A stretch of 64,000 nucleotides of DNA, taken from positions 640,001 to 704,000 of the forward strand of contig JAVZJD010000002.1 of the NCBI GenBank assembly GCA_038870975.1, in the 5' to 3' direction. This document shows positions 58,704-64,000 of this stretch, in pieces; the first letter of the stretch is position 1, and every line of letters begins with the position of its first letter. The stretch comes from Candidatus Bathyarchaeia archaeon (GTDB lineage Archaea; Thermoproteota; CALKCG01; B24). The notes beneath the pieces are model-generated. The model worked only from the letters and a program-made list of their open reading frames with translations. It was not told the DNA's origin and ran no database searches. Made by a program: the position numbers and the translations under genes.

Positions 58704-60494
58704 ATGTTGTTTAGAAGGCTTGTAGAAGTCTTCGAAAGCCTTGAATCGACTACTAAAAGGCTTGAAATGACGGATATTCTAGTGAAGCTTTTCAAGGAAA
58801 CACCTAGCAATGATATAGATAAAGTGGTTTTTTTAACACTGGGTGAAATTTATCCGCCTTTTATAGGCTTAGAGCTTGGATTGGCGGAGAAATTGGCTGT
58901 AAGAGCGTTATCGCTAGCAACTGGTGTTAAAGAGGAGAGTATAGTTGAAGATTTAAAGAAGACTGGCGACCTTGGTCAGACGGGTGAAAACATCCTGTCC
59001 AATCGTAAATCTAGAACTCTGTTTTTCAGAGAACCTTTAACAGTTGATAAGGTTTACAGTACTTTGGAGAAAATATGTAGAGCCACCGGTAAAGGCGCTC
59101 AAGACCTTAAAATTAAATACTTAGCTGGGCTTTTAACGAATTCAGAGCCTAAAGAGGCGAAGTATATCCTTAGGATAGCTCAAGGTAGGCTTAGACTCGG
59201 AATAGCTGACATGACCATTCTAGATGCTTTAGCGATTGCATTCTGCGGAGGCAAGGAGTTTAGAGAGGTAATAGAGAGAGCTTACAACCTGTCTAGTGAC
59301 ATAGGGCTTGTGGCTAAAACGCTGGCTGAAGGTGGTTTTGAAGCCATTAAAAACTTTAAGGTAACCATAGGTAGACCCATAAAGCCTCAATTGGCAGAGA
59401 GATTATCAACTATAGAGGAGATTTTAGAGAAGATAGGTGGAGAATGCTACGCAGAGTATAAGTATGACGGCTTGAGAATTCAAGCTCACATTTCCCCCAG
59501 TGAGATAATCTTGTTCTCAAGGAGACAGGAAAACCTCACGCAGCAGTTTCCAGATGTAGTTGAAGCCCTTAGAGATGCTGTTAAAGCTAAAGAAGCCATC
59601 TTAGACGGTGAATGCGTTCCAGTAGACCCCCACACTGGAGAGCTTCTACCATTCCAAGTAGTTGCACATAGGAGGGGCCGTAAATACGACGTTGAAAAGA
59701 TGGTTGAAGAAGTCCCAGTCGTATATTTTGTGTTTGACTTGCTTTATGTTGATGGGGAAGATTTAACCGTTAGACCTTACTCTGAACGTAGGGAGAAACT
59801 TAAAGATGTCGTTGGAGAAACTGCGAAGGTTAAGTTGGCAGAGTACATAGTTTCAAAAGACCCTTCTGAGATTGAGAGGTTTTTCCATAAGGCTGTTCAA
59901 GAAGGCAGTGAGGGGTTGCTATGTAAATCTCCCGGTAGTCTCTACGAGGCTGGTAAAAGAGGATGGGCTTGGATAAAGTGGAAGAGAAGCTACAGGTCTG
60001 AGATGACAGACACTGTGGATTTGACTGTTGTAGGGGCTTTTGCAGGTAAAGGTAAGAGAGCTGGAACCTATGGCGCTCTTCTCATGGCTGCATATAACCC
60101 GGATGAAGACGTGTTTGAAACCGTCTGTAAGCTTGGCAGTGGTTTCACAGACGAGGATCTAGCTAAGCTTCCTGAAATATTTAAATCCTACATGAGGAAA
60201 GACCCGCATCCTAGGGTTAAAACGATAATGAAGGCTGATTACTGGTTTACTCCAGCCATCGTATTAGAAGTGATAGGGGATGAAATTACCCTAAGCCCTA
60301 TGCACACCTGCGGCATGGATGCTATAAGACCCGGTTCAGGGCTAGCCATAAGATTTCCAAGACTCGTAAGATTTAGAGATGATAAGTCACCAGAAGACTC
60401 TACGACAGTATCTGAAATGATTGAGATGTATAAGCGTCAACTTAAAAAGATAGAGCAAACTCAAATTCCTTCCGAGGAGAAGGAGTGGAGTTAA
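58704..60494 (+). CDS. lig: ATP-dependent DNA ligase
   Basis: EYKYDGLR, LDGE, FDLLY, EGLLCK, WIKWK, IRFPR.RDDK. Confidence 0.96.
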   Translation: MLFRRLVEVFESLESTTKRLEMTDILVKLFKETPSNDIDKVVFLTLGEIYPPFIGLELGLAEKLAVRALSLATGVKEESIVEDLKKTGDLGQTGENILSNRKSRTLFFREPLTVDKVYSTLEKICRATGKGAQDLKIKYLAGLLTNSEPKEAKYILRIAQGRLRLGIADMTILDALAIAFCGGKEFREVIERAYNLSSDIGLVAKTLAEGGFEAIKNFKVTIGRPIKPQLAERLSTIEEILEKIGGECYAEYKYDGLRIQAHISPSEIILFSRRQENLTQQFPDVVEALRDAVKAKEAILDGECVPVDPHTGELLPFQVVAHRRGRKYDVEKMVEEVPVVYFVFDLLYVDGEDLTVRPYSERREKLKDVVGETAKVKLAEYIVSKDPSEIERFFHKAVQEGSEGLLCKSPGSLYEAGKRGWAWIKWKRSYRSEMTDTVDLTVVGAFAGKGKRAGTYGALLMAAYNPDEDVFETVCKLGSGFTDEDLAKLPEIFKSYMRKDPHPRVKTIMKADYWFTPAIVLEVIGDEITLSPMHTCGMDAIRPGSGLAIRFPRLVRFRDDKSPEDSTTVSEMIEMYKRQLKKIEQTQIPSEEKEWS

Positions 60495-61315
60495 CATCCA
60501 TCGAATACGGATACGTCAAGTGTAAAACCGCCCTTTCAAAAAGCGCACTTCCAGGTCTAGACTACAGCTTAAATCCATACGTTGGTTGTGGCCACGGATG
60601 TATATATTGCTATGCTAAAGCCACGCTTAGAGACGAAGTTAAAGCTCTAAAATGGGGAAGGTTTGTCTTAATTAAGAGAGGCTTAGTTGAAGTACTTGCA
60701 AAAGAGGCTTTGAGAAAACCTAAAGGCATCGTGGGTTTAAGTACAGTTACAGACCCCTATCAACAGATTGAAGAAGTAACGAAGCTTAGTAGGAAGTGCT
60801 TAGAAGTTCTAGTCAAGAGAGGTTTTAAGGTTTCAATACAAACGAAGTCTAAATTGGTTCTTAGAGACTTAGATTTAATCACGCTCGGAGGCTTCGACGT
60901 GGGGTTGACGATTACGACCATGGATGATTACCTGGCGTCTCTTATGGAGCCTAGAGCTTCTAAACCCTCAGAGCGGGCTGAAGCACTGAAAAGACTTTCG
61001 GAAGAAGGGGTTGAAACTTGGCTTTTCCTAGGACCCATAATTCCGGAGCTGAACGACTCAGAGGAAAGTATACATGAAGTCGTAGAAGTTGCTTCTGAAA
61101 CTGGGAGTGAGCTTATAGTGGATAAACTAAATCTTAGAAGGTGGGTTTTAGACGGTATGAAGCCTTTTCTAGACGAATACAAGCCGAAACTTGCGGAAAA
61201 ACTCCCTATGATGCTTAAACCCAATTCACAGTACTTGAGAATGCTACACGATAGGGTTAAACGGATATGTAATGAACATGGTTTAAACTACAGTCTGTTC
61301 GATTTCACAAAATAG
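60485..61315 (+). CDS. Radical SAM protein, SplB-like
   Basis: NPYVGCGHGCIYCYA, TDPYQ, QTKS. Confidence 0.85.
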   Translation: MELTSIEYGYVKCKTALSKSALPGLDYSLNPYVGCGHGCIYCYAKATLRDEVKALKWGRFVLIKRGLVEVLAKEALRKPKGIVGLSTVTDPYQQIEEVTKLSRKCLEVLVKRGFKVSIQTKSKLVLRDLDLITLGGFDVGLTITTMDDYLASLMEPRASKPSERAEALKRLSEEGVETWLFLGPIIPELNDSEESIHEVVEVASETGSELIVDKLNLRRWVLDGMKPFLDEYKPKLAEKLPMMLKPNSQYLRMLHDRVKRICNEHGLNYSLFDFTK

Positions 61316-61344
61316 TTATATACGTTTAATGCTATGTTTACAAT

Positions 61345-61692
61345 GTGAATACTCAGCCAAAAAGTTCTACGAAGGTTTTAGACTTAGAAGGATTAAAAAT
61401 CTACATCTACGTAGAAAAGCTTGACAATGCCTTAATCATCCTCTTATCGAAGCATGGTTTTAGACTGGGAACGCTAATATTCTCCATGAAGGAATTGGAG
61501 GGGCCTTCCAGGAGTACAACTTTACTCGGTTGGAAGGGTGAAGTTCAGGGTAGGATATTTGCCGAGAGGGTATCTTCTGAAACGGGCTTAATGACTCTAC
61601 TCTCTATAAACCTAGAGGAGGAGTATACTCAGAAATACTTTCGAAGCATATTGGAGACTCTAAATCAATGCATTAGAGAAGTGGTTACTTAA
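61345..61692 (+). CDS. Hypothetical protein (possibly proteasome-assembly-chaperone-like)
   Basis: 115-aa ORF; LGTL..S, FAERVS..G..LLS pattern only. Confidence 0.45.
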   Translation: MNTQPKSSTKVLDLEGLKIYIYVEKLDNALIILLSKHGFRLGTLIFSMKELEGPSRSTTLLGWKGEVQGRIFAERVSSETGLMTLLSINLEEEYTQKYFRSILETLNQCIREVVT

Positions 61693-61758
61693 CTTCTAAG
61701 ATTGTCTTCATCTCTAGTAGAGTTGAAAATTGGATTCAAAAGTAGCAGACCACATCAT

Positions 61759-62313
61759 TTATAGCCCTAGTTGAGGCGCAATTCCTTTTAAAGCTTCTAA
61801 GGCCTCTCGTAGGAAGCTTTCTAGAGTTAACCCTATTTCTTCACACAACATTATGCGGTTTCTGTTTACGCCTCTAGCAAAGTCTTTCGATTTAAACTTT
61901 CTAAGTACTGTTTGAATCTGAACCTCCTCTATCTTCTTAGAGGGCATCACCAGTGCACAGGCTATGAGAAGACCTGAAGCAGCATCGGATGCGATTAGGG
62001 CTTTATCGAGTTTAGATTCAGGTTTAAAACCAGTATTTTCATAATTATGGGACTTTATCGCTTTTAACACTTCTGGAGGAACTATTCCTCCTATAAGTTT
62101 TTCAGCTACTAATCCATGCTTATTAGGCTCTTTTTGAGTCAGCTCATAATCTACATCGTGTAGAATACCGGTTAAACCCCAAAGTTCTTCATCTTCACCC
62201 AATAATCTCGCTACTCTACGTAGAATCGCTTCAACAGCAATACAGTGTTTAACAAAATTTTCATTCTTAACGTATTTTCTAAGCATATTGAGGGCTTCTT
62301 CACGGCTGATCAT
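61759..62313 (-). CDS. HDIG-domain phosphohydrolase
   Basis: H..AVE, GILHDVD, HG, SHN, KDFARG. Confidence 0.88.
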   Translation of the reverse strand: MISREEALNMLRKYVKNENFVKHCIAVEAILRRVARLLGEDEELWGLTGILHDVDYELTQKEPNKHGLVAEKLIGGIVPPEVLKAIKSHNYENTGFKPESKLDKALIASDAASGLLIACALVMPSKKIEEVQIQTVLRKFKSKDFARGVNRNRIMLCEEIGLTLESFLREALEALKGIAPQLGL

Positions 62314-62362
62314 TAGGATGCCTCCATTTTTAAGGGTTAAATATAATATAAACTTGACGAGA

Positions 62363-63637
62363 CTAGTATGAAACCATCTCAGAGATCGTTGGTTTACCGA
62401 ATATTCTCTCGGCGGCTTTAGCTACGGGTTTTCTATACTCCTCCCTAGAGTACACTCGGACCAGGTTCATAACGTTTCTCATCATATCTAAAAGCCTAGA
62501 TAGCACTGTAAGTCGTTGAGGAATTTTCCTACCGTTCTCATCCCTCTTAAAACACGGTATATCCATAACTTCCGAGCCAGAAGAGTAGCGGTATGATACT
62601 GAGGGAAGACTGGGTGAATCGATGAAAACATCGTCACGCGGCACTTTGGCTTCGGAGGCTATTTCCTCCTCAAGCTTAACTTTCACAGATTCATTCGTTA
62701 ATAAAGAGCTTACAAGAGAGGATTCCATGAAAAGTGTTTTCTCATATACGCATTTTAAGAGTTTACGCTCCATAATATCGGCTATTATCGGCTTTGCTTC
62801 TTCAGAACGGGTAAGGTCGGTCCATACGGTGTAATCATCCATAGCTAAATACTCCTCTGGAGTGTTGAAATCTAGAAGCCCGATGCTGTCTTTAGCAGCA
62901 TCCATAGCTTTAAGAAGCATTATTTGAACCGCCCTTGAAGCTTTATGGAAGTATATAGACCTGAAAGACTCTATTCTAGCTACTATAAACGTCTCAAGTG
63001 CTGAAATGGCTGTAGCATCTACGGCAAGTTCGTTATTTAAAACATCCATAGTGTACAGTATTCTGAAGACGTCTACAAACCCATAGCCAGCTCCAGTATG
63101 ATAGTTGTCTCTTACTATGAAGTCCATCTTGTCTATATCTACAGGCCCTCTGATGAGTTGGCTTAAATACGGTTTATCGCCTATGGGCTCTCCTACTGCT
63201 AGGGCAGCTATTTTCATGACGTCGTATGATAGGCTCTTTAAAACATCAGATAATGTTGAGCATTCTATTATCCACTTAGTCATATCTTCATGCGTCTTAC
63301 CCTTGTATTTCACAAGCAGCCCTTCATAAACATGTGAAAAAGGGCCGTGACCTATATCGTGAAGCAAAGCAGCTACACGTAGAAGCACACGGTCTTCTTC
63401 AGACAGCTCAACCATAGAGTTTTCTGCGAAAAAGCCTGCCAAATACATGACCCCTAGGCTGTGTTCAAACCTCGTGTGATTCGCCGCAGGATAGACAAAT
63501 TCCGACCCTGCAAGTTGCCTTATCCTCCTCAACCTCTGGAAGACTTTGGTGTCGATAATCGCTTTCTCGGATTCTGAGATCTTTATATAGCCATATATTG
63601 GGTCTTTAATGAAACCCCAGTATTCTCGAAGAGACAA
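62363..63637 (-). CDS. HD-domain dNTP triphosphohydrolase (SAMHD1/Dgt-like)
   Basis: DPIYG, FQRLRRIRQL, HTRFEHSLGV, LLHDIGHGPFSH, DIDKMDF.RD, YFHK. Confidence 0.88.
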   Translation of the reverse strand: MSLREYWGFIKDPIYGYIKISESEKAIIDTKVFQRLRRIRQLAGSEFVYPAANHTRFEHSLGVMYLAGFFAENSMVELSEEDRVLLRVAALLHDIGHGPFSHVYEGLLVKYKGKTHEDMTKWIIECSTLSDVLKSLSYDVMKIAALAVGEPIGDKPYLSQLIRGPVDIDKMDFIVRDNYHTGAGYGFVDVFRILYTMDVLNNELAVDATAISALETFIVARIESFRSIYFHKASRAVQIMLLKAMDAAKDSIGLLDFNTPEEYLAMDDYTVWTDLTRSEEAKPIIADIMERKLLKCVYEKTLFMESSLVSSLLTNESVKVKLEEEIASEAKVPRDDVFIDSPSLPSVSYRYSSGSEVMDIPCFKRDENGRKIPQRLTVLSRLLDMMRNVMNLVRVYSREEYRKPVAKAAERIFGKPTISEMVSY

Positions 63638-63709
63638 ATCTCAAACCTAAAATATATCTTGAAAAATAGCCATATATATGTTAACCTGGTATTAGGTAGA
63701 GGAGCTGCT

Positions 63710-64000
63710 TTGATTTTCAACGCAACCTTAGTCAATGAAGCCCTGAGAAGAATTGAACGTATTGTAGACCTAAACGACTCTTTTAACGCGGAGGTTGAAA
63801 GGGAAGTTGAGCGTATGGAAGTCCCAACCGTTTTAAAAAAAGAGTTTTCCAAGGCTTTAAGGGGGCTTCTAGACCCTGTTAAAACTCCTAGGAGGGGTTT
63901 TTTCATCGTTGTAACAGGTATCGATAAATCAGGCAAAGAAACTCAGTGTTTTAACCCCAGGAGAACCCCAGGCGTCAAATCGTTGATGGACTTCTTACTC
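63710..64000 (+). CDS. Thymidylate-kinase-like protein with N-terminal extension (partial, runs off window)
   Basis: Open frame from TTG 63710 (GAGGAG RBS) containing GFFIVVTGIDKSGKETQ. Confidence 0.6.
   Translation, partial: MIFNATLVNEALRRIERIVDLNDSFNAEVEREVERMEVPTVLKKEFSKALRGLLDPVKTPRRGFFIVVTGIDKSGKETQCFNPRRTPGVKSLMDFLL

Noticed and set aside
1315-63936. Numerous antisense or alternate-frame ORFs in the track (e.g. 1315-1674, 3091-3468, 5662-6036, 34627-35190, 47637-48212, 50038-50523, 63583-63936)
   Set aside because: They shadow well-supported genes on the opposite strand and carry no motifs.

Overview
Archaeal chromosome segment, TACK-type (rps26e, fibrillarin, BHB-intron tRNA); the corrinoid protein and glycoside hydrolases suggest a Bathyarchaeia-like heterotroph, but that taxon is an inference. 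1-10.5 kb is a partly decaying surface-glycosylation locus. 10.5-23.3 kb is a mobile-element hotspot centred on tRNA-Thr(UGU) at 14259-14333 (-). An intact Zn-ribbon tyrosine integrase abuts the tRNA 3' end. An 8,420-bp element sits in the tRNA 5' half, bounded by perfect 93-bp direct repeats (14292-14384 / 22712-22804) that include the presumed tRNA promoter and split an SSV1-type integrase; the two halves rejoin in frame (353 aa) on circularisation. The element encodes a primase-polymerase/P-loop replication protein with inverted iteron-like arrays, two unannotated RHH regulators, an orphan PD-(D/E)XK nuclease and one HK97-gp10-like virion protein, but no recognisable capsid or terminase, so it is a candidate archaeal virus satellite. 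A relic of an older integrase N-terminus lies just outside it. 23-64 kb is mostly housekeeping and catabolic genes, plus decayed toxin-antitoxin loci, an IS607 element (TnpB with an altered RuvC-III residue) interrupting a gene, a long bactofilin-like beta-helix protein, a KamA + ATP-grasp ligase operon beside an orphan corrinoid protein, and a stand-alone AEP primase-like gene near DNA ligase. No CRISPR array or rRNA was seen. All product calls come from motif recognition by eye, not database searches.
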